Source: an uncultured Gammaproteobacteria bacterium
Lineage (GTDB): Bacteria > Patescibacteriota > Patescibacteriia > Magasanikbacterales > UBA922
DNA: 64,000 nt
Direction of reading: 5' to 3'
NCBI GenBank assembly: GCA_964550845.1
Contig: CAZKAD010000001.1
Span: 21,342-85,341 of the forward strand
Under the pieces are notes generated by a model. The model was not told the DNA's origin, did no database searches, and was given only the letters and a program-made list of their open reading frames with translations. A program made the position numbers and the translations under genes. This document shows positions 47,117 through 57,048 of this stretch, piece after piece. The first letter of the stretch is position 1. Each line of letters begins with the position of its first letter.

Positions 47117-50100
47117 TTAACAGATCTTGTTTCGAATTCCTTTAACCAAGGGATCATTTGGACCGAAAATTCGGTGAATCACGTTTCCTTGACCAACTCT
47201 TCCGACTGTTTCGTAGTGATTATTGTCTCGATAAGAAACTAACACAATGCTTGGTCTTCCTTCGGTATAACTACAATCAACTGGAATTGGTTTTCCATCT
47301 TCATCAAGCAAATAGATATCATGGCGAATAAATTCAGACAAAATTTCAAGTACTTCGAGACCAACTTCATTGCCACTCGTTCCAAGATTATCAATGAAAT
47401 TTGCATACGCTTCTTGTTCGGCGAGCTCAAAGATTTTCTTCAAATCAAGCAAACCTCCAGCAGACAAATCTTTTCGAAGAGCTTGTAGTTGAAATGTATT
47501 TTCGAGTTCTTTTTTGTAAACTTCGATCATCTTTGATTGAAGAACTTTATCTTGTTCAAGACGAAGTAAATATTTTTCAAGCTGATATTGATTTCCCATC
47601 ATTGCAACCAAATTGGCTCGACGGCCAAGAAAACCTTCGTTTTTATTGGTCAAATAATAGTGAACAATTGAGTCAAAGCCTGGAACTTTTCTTCCAAATC
47701 CCATTCGTGCAATTCTTCCTTCTCCAACTTTCTTCCATTGGGCAATTGGAATGTTGACTGTTTTTCTCCAATTTTTGACGAACTCTTTCTTCTCATCGTC
47801 TTTCATTTTACGATAATCGATACTTAATGCTGTCTGTAAGGCATGGAAGAAATCATTTCCATCTACAAGAGTACCTGTACGAACCAATCCTTTCTCTTCA
47901 AGAACGATACTGTATACTTTATTCTTTCCAGGGTCAATTGGTTGAAGCGCAAGATCTTCTTGGATATTTACTCCACGAGCAAATCCGGTCAACGGATAGT
48001 AACTTTCTCGAACAAAGAGGAAAGATCGATACAGTCGAGCAAGTTGTTGTTCTTCAGGATCGAGCCATATCGGAGGTGAAAAGATCTCACTCTTTTCAAG
48101 TTTGAATCCGATTGTTTTCATTTTGTCGACGAAGTAATCCCAGTCAACAAGATATTCAATTTGCGTCTCAGCGACTGTCTGACTTCCTTTGTATTGATAT
48201 TCAAGTCCCTTGTTAAATAGAATATTTCCGGAAAATGGTTGATACAATCTCTTCAAAGTCACATTTCCAAGCTGGACAATCCCCTTTTCAAGTATTCGCC
48301 GAGTCGCTTGTCCATCAATGGTGGTTCCAAGGAAATATCCATTTTTCTCAACACTTTCATCAAGTGTTTGAAGAAGACCGTTGAGTGGATCTTCGTTTTC
48401 AAAGAAGAATGACAGCACAAAGAATGAAGTGGCAACTTGGACACGAGATCCGCGCAAAGCTTTCACAATTGTTTCAGTATCTTGCGCTCGAGCTTGAATA
48501 TCAATCAAATTTAGTCGTTGATTGCGAAATTCCATTTCGCTTGCTCTTTGTTTCAATTCGAGGAGAAACTCCGGATTTGGTTCAATTGCAATCAGTCTCG
48601 CTACATGAGCAGTGTAATATTTCATCAAATCTCCTCCTTTTCCAGAACCCAGATCAAGGATAGTTCTTTCGGGGCAGTACAGATTAATCAATTCTCGTTT
48701 AATCGTATTGCTAAACTTACGGAAAGCATCTCGATCTGAACTTTGTTTCAAGGCATTAATTAGTTCTTGTTCGGTGAGAGGATTTTGAATATCAATCCAA
48801 ACGTCTTTTGCAATGTCAACGTAATTTGGTTCAGTTTTATCTGGACGTGCCTTCACCAGTTCAAAAGTTCCGTTGTGCCAACGATATTCTCCAATCTTTG
48901 GAGGATAAAATTTGCTGCGAATGGTACCACGAAAGCCAGGAGGTGTAAAATGAATCAAACCATTTTTACCACCAACCATCAAATTGTACATTTCACCATA
49001 GACTTTCACTGCTGCAAAATCAATGGTCAATTCGTGGACTGGTTTCCACTTATAAGTATGGAAATTTAAATAAGGTTCTGCAATTGGAGTGAGAATTAAA
49101 CCATCATAATTAGGATTATTTCGAATCTCGTTCAACAATTGTTCAGTGTCTTCGGCAATTTGATAAGTCATGAAAAATTGTTTCTTAATGATATCAACAT
49201 CACGCAGACTATTGACCAATTGCTCAATGTATTCAAATCTCTTATCAAGAGTCAATTGACGGACATCTCGATCATGAAGGCAAATCATATCAAAGATATG
49301 AACTTGATTCTTAAAGAATTCACAATCAAAGATTGTTCCATCAAGATCTTCACGAATCTTACTTCGAAAGAGTTCGATGTTACCTTTCATTCCAGCCAGA
49401 AAAAGTTTTTGATCTGTAATAATCCCAATCATCCGCACTCCATTTAATTTTTTAGTCACTGCGTAGGCAGAGAGGTTTAAATTCCATCGTTTCAAATTGA
49501 TCGGTTGAGGAAGACCACGTTTGAACAAAACTGATTCGTCGAACTTTGCGCCATCTTGTTGTTTGAAAAAATTATTAAAGAAGCGAAGTGCGACTTTTGT
49601 ATCAACATTAATCTTCTCTTTGAGAGCATCAAAAGAAGCCCAGATCAACTTAAGTGGCATAAAGAAGGTTTTCAAATCAATATTCTTTGAAAAATATTCA
49701 ACTTCAACTTCATAACTCTCTTGAGTTGAAGTCATCTCAATTGAATGTGAAGCATCCTTAGCAAAGAAAGTAACTCGAGATTTTTCACGAGTCATTTGAA
49801 TTGATCCTGGTTCATCTTGAGTAGGTATTTCCTCTGAAGTGACTAAGTCGATCTTAATAGTATATTCTCCTTGAACTCGATCAAACAAAGTGAATCTCGA
49901 CTTCATCATTTTCCTCACTTTGGTTATTGGTACGTTATCAGTTAAAACTTCTTCAATTCGGATATTATTATCTGACAATTGTGCAAATGTCTTGGAAAAT
50001 TTCCCCTGTTGATAGAGATCAGAATCAGTAATAATTTTGAGTAGCCACATCCATCTCTTTTGATCAGCATTCGGAAATCCAGCCTGAGCTTTACCTTGAT

Positions 50101-50239
50101 AAATAAACCCAAGTCGAGCTTCAATCTCGGTATTTGGTTTACCGAGACTTTCTTTCAACACCGATTGAATTCGATTACAAACATCCGGTTGGATGCCAAT
50201 CTTCGAATTCCCGAGGATCTCTGCAGCACATTGATCCAT
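47117..50239 (-). CDS. trifunctional mRNA capping enzyme (triphosphatase, guanylyltransferase, N7-methyltransferase) with extra C-terminal domain
   Basis: TTM motif EIEARLG. GTase motif I as KLNGVR, III DGTIFDCEF, IV DGLILTP, V YKWKP. MTase ILDLGSGKGGDLMKY. C-terminal about 290 aa with a DGNDFFHAL...NNHYE OTU-like pattern. Minus-strand AAAATTGA at 50272-50279, 33 nt upstream of the ATG. Confidence 0.9.
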   Translation of the reverse strand: MDQCAAEILGNSKIGIQPDVCNRIQSVLKESLGKPNTEIEARLGFIYQGKAQAGFPNADQKRWMWLLKIITDSDLYQQGKFSKTFAQLSDNNIRIEEVLTDNVPITKVRKMMKSRFTLFDRVQGEYTIKIDLVTSEEIPTQDEPGSIQMTREKSRVTFFAKDASHSIEMTSTQESYEVEVEYFSKNIDLKTFFMPLKLIWASFDALKEKINVDTKVALRFFNNFFKQQDGAKFDESVLFKRGLPQPINLKRWNLNLSAYAVTKKLNGVRMIGIITDQKLFLAGMKGNIELFRSKIREDLDGTIFDCEFFKNQVHIFDMICLHDRDVRQLTLDKRFEYIEQLVNSLRDVDIIKKQFFMTYQIAEDTEQLLNEIRNNPNYDGLILTPIAEPYLNFHTYKWKPVHELTIDFAAVKVYGEMYNLMVGGKNGLIHFTPPGFRGTIRSKFYPPKIGEYRWHNGTFELVKARPDKTEPNYVDIAKDVWIDIQNPLTEQELINALKQSSDRDAFRKFSNTIKRELINLYCPERTILDLGSGKGGDLMKYYTAHVARLIAIEPNPEFLLELKQRASEMEFRNQRLNLIDIQARAQDTETIVKALRGSRVQVATSFFVLSFFFENEDPLNGLLQTLDESVEKNGYFLGTTIDGQATRRILEKGIVQLGNVTLKRLYQPFSGNILFNKGLEYQYKGSQTVAETQIEYLVDWDYFVDKMKTIGFKLEKSEIFSPPIWLDPEEQQLARLYRSFLFVRESYYPLTGFARGVNIQEDLALQPIDPGKNKVYSIVLEEKGLVRTGTLVDGNDFFHALQTALSIDYRKMKDDEKKEFVKNWRKTVNIPIAQWKKVGEGRIARMGFGRKVPGFDSIVHYYLTNKNEGFLGRRANLVAMMGNQYQLEKYLLRLEQDKVLQSKMIEVYKKELENTFQLQALRKDLSAGGLLDLKKIFELAEQEAYANFIDNLGTSGNEVGLEVLEILSEFIRHDIYLLDEDGKPIPVDCSYTEGRPSIVLVSYRDNNHYETVGRVGQGNVIHRIFGPNDPLVKGIRNKIC

Positions 50240-50354
50240 TGCTTTTATTTCGAGAAAGAAAAAGGAAGATTTCAATTTTCTTTGGAAAAGTGAAAATGGA
50301 TCTTATTTTAGTCTTAATCCTTGAACAGACTTTATATCGAGATTAAGACTAAGA

Positions 50355-50747
50355 TTAAAATAAAAGGGTTGGATTTTGTGGCTGTTGAGCAGGAACTTTA
50401 TCCATAAAAATTTTGATTAGTTTAATTAAGTCTGGATGCAATTTGGCTAAGTCAAAACTGACCATTTTTGGTTTGACAGTCAGTTGCAGAAAATCATTTA
50501 GTCCAAACAAATGACTATGAATTCGGATCAGCATATAAATATTATTTTGTATGTCTGGTCCAAGAGTCTTTTCTTTTGATCGAGTTTTAACATCTTCATA
50601 CAATTGTTCCATTTCTTTTTCATTTAATGGAGCTCGTTGAGCAATCAACGGGGCCAGATTTGCATAAAGAGGATATTGATTTGTGTATGGAGTAATCGAA
50701 GTAATCGAAGTACTTGTTACGGTTGTTTTGGAGTCGTTGACTGACAT
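50355..50747 (-). CDS. hypothetical protein (130 aa)
   Basis: ATG ORF. A 56-codon ORF in another frame lies just upstream with its own promoter-like motif. Confidence 0.45.
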   Translation of the reverse strand: MSVNDSKTTVTSTSITSITPYTNQYPLYANLAPLIAQRAPLNEKEMEQLYEDVKTRSKEKTLGPDIQNNIYMLIRIHSHLFGLNDFLQLTVKPKMVSFDLAKLHPDLIKLIKIFMDKVPAQQPQNPTLLF

Positions 50748-50887
50748 TGCGGTGAAATGGTGAGTTTTTCAAACTGAGCTGCAAGTACAACTTCTTGAGT
50801 AGCTGAATACGTAGAGGGAATAATTACTGAGTTTGGAATAGAAGGAAGAGATGTTGTTCCCGGATAAATCCGAATCGGTTGGCTCAT

Positions 50888-50895
50888 AAAATTGA
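50888..50895 (+). promoter_or_regulatory. AAAATTGA octamer
   Basis: 66 nt upstream of ATG 50961. Confidence 0.55.
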
Positions 50896-50960
50896 TTTTA
50901 CTTTCTGGATTGAGAGATCAAATCAATTTATTTGTTTATTTATTCAAGTGAAAAAAGGAG

Positions 50961-51533
50961 ATGAAATTCTATGCAGTTGCAGTCGGTCGTGTACCAGGGA
51001 TTTATACATCTTGGCCTGAAGCGCAAAAACAAATTCATGGCTATTCAGGAGCGAAATATAAGTCTTTTTCTGAGAAATCTCAAGCCGAGACCTATATGAA
51101 ACTTTTTGTTCATCGAGATGAAGAGAAAAAAGAAGATCGCCACATTATCTACACCGATGGTAGCGCGGTAAATGGAACTGCTGGAGCTGCTGCTGTTTCG
51201 CTGGAGAAGAAATTGGTTTACTACGGAAGACCATCCGGTGAACAGACGAATAATCGAGGAGAACTTTCCGGCATTCGTCTTGCTCTTTGTTTTGAAGGTT
51301 CTTTATTGATCTATTCTGACTCAGAATATGCAATTGGTGTAATCACTGGAAGTCTTGCTGCAAAGAAGAATCTTGATTTAATCGAGATTATTCGAAAGGA
51401 AATGGCCGGTCGAGATATCGTTTTTCGCAAAGTGCTTGCTCATTCTGGAGTTGAAGGGAATGAATTGGCCGATCATTACGCGGATAAAGGACGATCTTTA
51501 TCTGAAGGTACAATTGTACAAGAAAAACTTTAA
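50961..51533 (+). CDS. ribonuclease H1 with N-terminal hybrid-binding domain
   Basis: FYAVAVGRVPGIYTSWPEAQKQIHGYSGAKYKSF (RNase H1 HBD) and IIYTDGSAVNG...DSEYAIG. Stop in a CTTTAACC context. Confidence 0.85.
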   Translation: MKFYAVAVGRVPGIYTSWPEAQKQIHGYSGAKYKSFSEKSQAETYMKLFVHRDEEKKEDRHIIYTDGSAVNGTAGAAAVSLEKKLVYYGRPSGEQTNNRGELSGIRLALCFEGSLLIYSDSEYAIGVITGSLAAKKNLDLIEIIRKEMAGRDIVFRKVLAHSGVEGNELADHYADKGRSLSEGTIVQEKL

Positions 51534-51569
51534 CCAACCCTTTAGACGTTCAAACGTCTCTCGGACTGG

Positions 51570-52055
51570 TTAAATACGATTATCTTTTCGAAGATCTTGT
51601 TCGAACTTTTCGAGTTGTCGGCAAAAATATAAATTCGGAGAAGCAACTTCGCGCTTAGATTTAATTGATTTTAATATCTCCTGAAATGGTTTCTTTTCCG
51701 ACCACATTAAATAACCTGCTAATATTGATGCAGATCGAGAAATTCCTTGTGCACAATGAATTAATACCGCTTCTCCATTTTTAAGATGTTGATCAATAAT
51801 TGGAATAATTTTTGGAAGAATAGTTAGAATGTCTTGTTGATGATCATCATTCATACTCAGAAAGTAATGAGTAAGATTTTGATGGCCAAAAAGTTTTGAT
51901 TCTACTTCAATGGCACAATTAACTACAACTGTAATGTTCAACTGTTGCAAGAGCCAAATTGAATTTGCCATCTTGGCATTACCAAGGAAAAGATTTTTTC
52001 TTATTTCTGCACCAGCAAATCTTGCCGGTTGAGCAAATACTGCGCGGTTGAGCAT
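51570..52055 (-). CDS. dual-specificity protein phosphatase
   Basis: HCAQGISRSAS (HCxxGxxRS). Start moved to ATG 52055 to clear the upstream gene's stop. Confidence 0.8.
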   Translation of the reverse strand: MLNRAVFAQPARFAGAEIRKNLFLGNAKMANSIWLLQQLNITVVVNCAIEVESKLFGHQNLTHYFLSMNDDHQQDILTILPKIIPIIDQHLKNGEAVLIHCAQGISRSASILAGYLMWSEKKPFQEILKSIKSKREVASPNLYFCRQLEKFEQDLRKDNRI

Positions 52056-52147
52056 ATTTTTCTTTCTTCGAGAAGAAAGAAAATGTTTTAAATATGACAA
52101 CGAGTTTTTAAGGACGTTTAACCACTTCAGAGAGTCCTTCGGGACGT

Positions 52148-53866
52148 TTAAAGAAATGAGGCGCAATGTTGCAACTGATCGGCGTTTATTTTTCTTCCAA
52201 CCGCTGCATTTGGAATAGTTTGGAGGTCCATTGGAGGTGCGCTTGGAATTTGAAGTGCTCGAGGGATAAGCTGATCGACTACAGGAGCTGATGTCGGAGT
52301 TGGAGCCATGCTCAGTTGTGGTACACCCGATTGTGATGGAGCCATACTCAACCGACCAGCTTGAGCTGAAGTCATCAAAGGAAAGCCTGGGACACTTCTT
52401 CCGGAACCTTGTGAGACTGACATTGCCCGAACTGAAGATTTGTTCAAACCAAAAGTGGCCTGAAGAGCGGGAGAAACTGAGCTTCTTGCTTTTCTTCGAA
52501 TCGATCGAACCAATGAATCCTTTTTCTTCTTTGAGATATTTTCAATCCCCATTTGCTGAGCAATTTCTTTCAAGTCAGCCACCTTCAATTCTCGAAGCTC
52601 AGTCGTTGAAGGAATCTCCATTGATCGATCGTCAACAATTTTTGGTTGATCGACTACTCCAGCTACACCAATATCCTTGTTGAGCAAAATTCGTCTCAAA
52701 GAGCGAGGAGAATATCTTGAATATCCCCTGACACCTTCAGCCTTGGCGAGCTCTCGAAGGTCACCCACGCTCAGATCTTGAACCACAGATTCGTAATCTC
52801 GGACGTTGTATTTACGTGGTGAAATAGCTCTTACTGATTTCTGTTTGATCTTTTCAATTAAATCAATTTTCTTCAAATCCTTCTCATCGATAACGTTGAG
52901 ATCTTTTGCAATTTTGTGTAGGGCTTTTGCACTCTTCAAACTCAAGTTAACTTCTCCACTTTCATTTCCAATCAACAAAGGTCGTCGAGGGCTCTTCAAT
53001 CCGTAAGGAACATCCGCCTCGGGCAATGATTTGGCGATATCAAGAAACATCTCACGCATGATGGCCAATGCTTCTTTGCGAGATGATCCACTTGGAACCT
53101 TGACACCAATCTTTTTTCCGAAACTCACCATTTCTTTGACCTTCATATCGAGAACATCTTGCCAAGCAATTCCGTCAAGAGACAGATCTTCAACTCTTGG
53201 AGCAACTTTTGATCCTCGCAATTGAGGCAAACTGTTCGGGTCGACTTTGATTCGTTGAGCGAAAGAATTCAAAGCTGCTTGAGAACCATAGACCGGACGA
53301 GAATTGATTTCAACGCGAGCTGAGTCTTTAGGCAAACCTCGAGGAATGTCACAGTCTTGTTTATCAAGATTGCAAATGAGTTCATCACGACATCCGACAA
53401 AGTCACCTTCCGAACTCACATTCAAATTACATTTTTCACTGTCGAGGAAAGCCAACAGAGCACTTCTCAACAATTTCAGATCTCTATCACTGTCACGAAA
53501 TTGGGAATATCCAGGCATATTCACTTTCTTCGCAATTTCCTTCAGGCCTGAGATATAAGGTTCTTCGATAATTTTTTGTCTCATCACTGCACGTCGACCT
53601 TGTTTGGTTCGGCTTTCTTTTTGTTCTGCGCGTCCAGAAACAAACGATTTGGCTGCGAGAAGAGTTTCACGCATCACTTCTCTTTTTTGAGATGGAGTTC
53701 GATATTTCCGATTCAATTCAGCCAAGCAGCTTTCATCACAACTTTCGATTGCGAGGAGAAATTGTTTCCAAATTTGATCTACTTCCTCTGATTCGAGGTA
53801 AAGAATATCGTTCGGGGTTGCGACTTTAGCAAATCTTGATTCAGGATCTAAGCGAATGTTCGACAT
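52148..53866 (-). CDS. GC-rich protein with about five SAP/Rho-N-like helix-extended-helix motifs and a Pro/Ala/Ser-rich tail
   Basis: Repeats such as LRELAKAEGVRGYSRYSPRSLRRIL and LKEIAQQMGIENISKKKKDSLVRSI. About 48% GC versus about 35% for the window. Confidence 0.6.
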   Translation of the reverse strand: MSNIRLDPESRFAKVATPNDILYLESEEVDQIWKQFLLAIESCDESCLAELNRKYRTPSQKREVMRETLLAAKSFVSGRAEQKESRTKQGRRAVMRQKIIEEPYISGLKEIAKKVNMPGYSQFRDSDRDLKLLRSALLAFLDSEKCNLNVSSEGDFVGCRDELICNLDKQDCDIPRGLPKDSARVEINSRPVYGSQAALNSFAQRIKVDPNSLPQLRGSKVAPRVEDLSLDGIAWQDVLDMKVKEMVSFGKKIGVKVPSGSSRKEALAIMREMFLDIAKSLPEADVPYGLKSPRRPLLIGNESGEVNLSLKSAKALHKIAKDLNVIDEKDLKKIDLIEKIKQKSVRAISPRKYNVRDYESVVQDLSVGDLRELAKAEGVRGYSRYSPRSLRRILLNKDIGVAGVVDQPKIVDDRSMEIPSTTELRELKVADLKEIAQQMGIENISKKKKDSLVRSIRRKARSSVSPALQATFGLNKSSVRAMSVSQGSGRSVPGFPLMTSAQAGRLSMAPSQSGVPQLSMAPTPTSAPVVDQLIPRALQIPSAPPMDLQTIPNAAVGRKINADQLQHCASFL

Positions 53867-53933
53867 CGTCTTTTGGGTAGCGATTTAATTTCTAGAAATA
53901 ATTTTTGAAGATTTGAATTTTTCTTCGGGGGAG

Positions 53934-54000
53934 ATTAAACGTCCCGAAGGACTGATTAAACGTCCAAAGGACTGATTAAACGTCCCGAAGGACTGATTAA
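53934..54000. repeat. 3 x 21-bp tandem repeat ATTAAACGTCCCGAAGGACTG
   Basis: Units contain GTCC-cgaa-GGAC. The array abuts the RPB1 promoter. Confidence 0.85.
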
Positions 54001-54008
54001 AAAATTGA
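54001..54008 (+). promoter_or_regulatory. AAAATTGA octamer for RPB1
   Basis: 50 nt upstream of ATG 54051. Confidence 0.6.
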
Positions 54009-54050
54009 TGAAACTTTTCAATCTCTCTTTGAAAAAGATATAGATATCCA

Positions 54051-56987
54051 ATGCAGATTGGAGAGGTGGTTGTACGTCTCCTATCACCAGAAGAAATATG
54101 TGCCTTTTCTGTTTGTGAGGTAAAGTATGAGAAGATTCGAAAGAACGATGATAATACTGAAACTCCAGCTGATCCAAGACTTGGAACTCTTGATGAAACA
54201 CCATGCAAAACATGTGGATGTGAATTTCGAGACTGTCCAGGGCACTTTGGTCATATTGTACTTGCAACGCCTATCATTCATCCTCTTGATCGATTTCCGA
54301 TTATTACGGCCGAACTTCTTTCTTGTTTTTGTAGCAATTGTTGTAGATTGCTAGTAACCCGAGAGATGTTAATGATTGAGCGAATAGGTAAATTGCAGAA
54401 AAATAAACGTCTCGCTAAAATCGTAGCTCTTTGTACGAAAATGGGTATTTGTTATCACTGTAATCAAAAAACATTGAAATATAAGCTTGATACCAGCTCG
54501 GGAAGAGCCAAAATCTATTCTCAAATAAAAACGATCACCGGAAACGATGATACCCCAGTTGAGATTCCCGTTGAACAAATTTACAACATTTTCTCCAGAG
54601 TCTTAGATGATGATCTTAAATTGCTTGGAATCAATCCAAAACAATTTCATCCCAAGAATTTGATTATACGTATCTTACCTGTATTGCCATTGAAAACAAT
54701 GCCTTATATTGTTACAGATAATGAAAAGAGAGAAGATGATTTAATGACTTTCTATCGAAATATCCTTAAGGTTAATTCAAGAATTCTTTCTCATTCATAT
54801 GTTGATCTTGACAAAGAGATTAGCAGTCTTGTCTTTTACATCAGTAATTTTATGGATAATTCAAAAAAGAAAGTTCGCCAACCGAACGGAAGAGCACATA
54901 AATCACTTCGTGAACTTCTTTCAAGTAAAAAAGGTCTACCCCGTATGTGCCTCCTTGGTAAAAGAGTGCACTATTCAAGTCGTACTGTAATTGGAGGTGA
55001 TCCAACTCTTGCGACTGACGAAATCTTTATTCCAAATTGCATTGCTTCAACTGTTTCTGTTCCAGAAACAGTCACTTCGTTCTCAAAAACCAAGCTTGAA
55101 GCACTGTTGAATAAGGGAGAGATTAATTTTATCTCTCGAATCGAGAATGGAACGAAGCGTGTACTCAATCCAAGAATTGCAACCAAAACACAAGGAACAA
55201 TCTTACTTCCGGGTGACAGAGTCTTTCGAAATGAGGTTGAAGTTAAACTTCAACGGAGCGGAGATTTACGCCAAGGAGATCGAATTGTCCGAAAAGTGCT
55301 TAAAAATGGTCAAACAATTGAAGAAACTCTACACGCCGAAGAACCAAAGAAAAGATCTTTCCTTCTTCATGATGGAGATATTGCCCATCGATGGTTACAG
55401 AATGGAGACTGGGTGATTGTCAATCGACAGCCTTCTCTTCATGCTCAATCAATGCTTGGACTCAAAGTAAAACGAACCAATCAGAAACCTGGGAAATATA
55501 CATTTGAAGAACGATCAATTCGTCTTCCTCCAGATGCAATTACTCCTTTGAATGCAGATTTTGATGGTGATGAAAGTAATGTTCACAATCCACAAAATTT
55601 AATGGCAAAATCAGAATATGCAGTTTTAATTAACATTGCTAACAACATTATTGCGAATCAATCTTCAAGACCTTTGATTGGATTGGTGCAAGATGCTCTG
55701 ATTGGATGTTGGAAAATGACACAAGGATGGGTCCCAATTCCAGTCAGCTTGTTTCAAGATATGATTGTCACTGCAAATATCAGTCTTGAGAGAATTGATC
55801 AAGTCCGGCAAGTATATCAAAGGATTTTCGGCGATGGAGATAAATATCTCTATACTGGAAGAGGTATATTGTCGACTGCATTGCCAATTACTTTCAATTA
55901 TAGCTCAAAGAGCAAATCTTATAACTCAGAATCTCTTCAAATTGAAAGAGGTGTAATAATTTCTGGAGCTTATGGAAAAAGCTCGGTTGGAAATCGAAAC
56001 GGAGCAATCCATCATTTTCTCCGAGAAAAAGAAGCGATTCAATTTCTGACTAAAACTCATACTCTTGCTTACGCGTGGGTAGTTCAAAATGCAATCGGTG
56101 TTGGATTATCTGATTGTATTCCTCCGATTGTAGATAACTTCGGAATGATTCCACAAGCGCGCGAACATATTGAAGCAAGTTATCTGAATGCTGTCATTTC
56201 AGAAGAAATTATTTCAGGACGAATCGCGGAACTCTCAGTTTGTCGCGTCTTGAATAATGCTCGTAATGTTGGTCACAAGATTGCCAGTGAATTGATCGGA
56301 AATTCAAATCGAATCAAGCAAATGATTGATGCCGGGTCAAAAGGATCAATGAACAATTTGACTCAAATCATGGTAGCACTTGGACAAAACACCGTGTACA
56401 ACAGACGAATTCCAATGACAAATATTGATGGACTTCGTACATTGCCACATTTTTCAGCCAATAAAGATAATCTGGCTAAAAAATATGAAGAAAGAGGTTT
56501 TATTGATACTTCGTTCTTCAATGGATTGAATCCAATCCAATTCTTTAATCACGCCCAAACCGGCCGTGAAGGTATTGTTAATACCGGTGTCACTACTCGA
56601 GGTTTCGGATACATTCAGAGAAAACTCACTGCATTGTTGAAGAATATCACTATTGCTCAAGATTTTACTGTTCGAGATTGTGGAACAAATCAAATTGTTC
56701 AATTCATTTATGGAGAATTTGGTTTTGCTCCTTCGAAACAAAATCGAGATAAAGGTCAACTTTATGTTGATATCACGACAGCAATTGATAAAATTACAAT
56801 CGAATATGAACTTAAGCATCAGATTGAAGAAATTTCACTCTCAGAACAACAGAAGAGAGATGCTCAAGAAGAAATTGAAGCTGATCGAATCTCGATTGCA
56901 TCAGGTGCAAGTGATAATGATGGTTCTGCCTCAGAAGATTCTATCTCCAACGCAAGTGGAGATGAAAATGATTTTGATGACTTTTAA
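54051..56987 (+). CDS. DNA-directed RNA polymerase largest subunit (RPB1), N-terminal about 65% only
   Basis: N-terminal Zn site C..C...CPGHFGH, catalytic NADFDGDE, bridge helix TGREGIVNTGVTTRGFGYIQRKL. Ends after the bridge helix with an acidic/Ser tail. No trigger-loop or C-terminal domains. Confidence 0.9.
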   Translation: MQIGEVVVRLLSPEEICAFSVCEVKYEKIRKNDDNTETPADPRLGTLDETPCKTCGCEFRDCPGHFGHIVLATPIIHPLDRFPIITAELLSCFCSNCCRLLVTREMLMIERIGKLQKNKRLAKIVALCTKMGICYHCNQKTLKYKLDTSSGRAKIYSQIKTITGNDDTPVEIPVEQIYNIFSRVLDDDLKLLGINPKQFHPKNLIIRILPVLPLKTMPYIVTDNEKREDDLMTFYRNILKVNSRILSHSYVDLDKEISSLVFYISNFMDNSKKKVRQPNGRAHKSLRELLSSKKGLPRMCLLGKRVHYSSRTVIGGDPTLATDEIFIPNCIASTVSVPETVTSFSKTKLEALLNKGEINFISRIENGTKRVLNPRIATKTQGTILLPGDRVFRNEVEVKLQRSGDLRQGDRIVRKVLKNGQTIEETLHAEEPKKRSFLLHDGDIAHRWLQNGDWVIVNRQPSLHAQSMLGLKVKRTNQKPGKYTFEERSIRLPPDAITPLNADFDGDESNVHNPQNLMAKSEYAVLINIANNIIANQSSRPLIGLVQDALIGCWKMTQGWVPIPVSLFQDMIVTANISLERIDQVRQVYQRIFGDGDKYLYTGRGILSTALPITFNYSSKSKSYNSESLQIERGVIISGAYGKSSVGNRNGAIHHFLREKEAIQFLTKTHTLAYAWVVQNAIGVGLSDCIPPIVDNFGMIPQAREHIEASYLNAVISEEIISGRIAELSVCRVLNNARNVGHKIASELIGNSNRIKQMIDAGSKGSMNNLTQIMVALGQNTVYNRRIPMTNIDGLRTLPHFSANKDNLAKKYEERGFIDTSFFNGLNPIQFFNHAQTGREGIVNTGVTTRGFGYIQRKLTALLKNITIAQDFTVRDCGTNQIVQFIYGEFGFAPSKQNRDKGQLYVDITTAIDKITIEYELKHQIEEISLSEQQKRDAQEEIEADRISIASGASDNDGSASEDSISNASGDENDFDDF

Positions 56988-56996
56988 CAAATTTTT

Positions 56997-57018
56997 TATT
57001 TACTCCGAGGAGTAAATA
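56997..57018. terminator. hairpin TATTTACTCC-GA-GGAGTAAATA
   Basis: Perfect 10-bp stem after the RPB1-fragment stop. Confidence 0.6.
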
Positions 57019-57048
57019 ATTAATAATTATCGGATATCGATTATTAGC

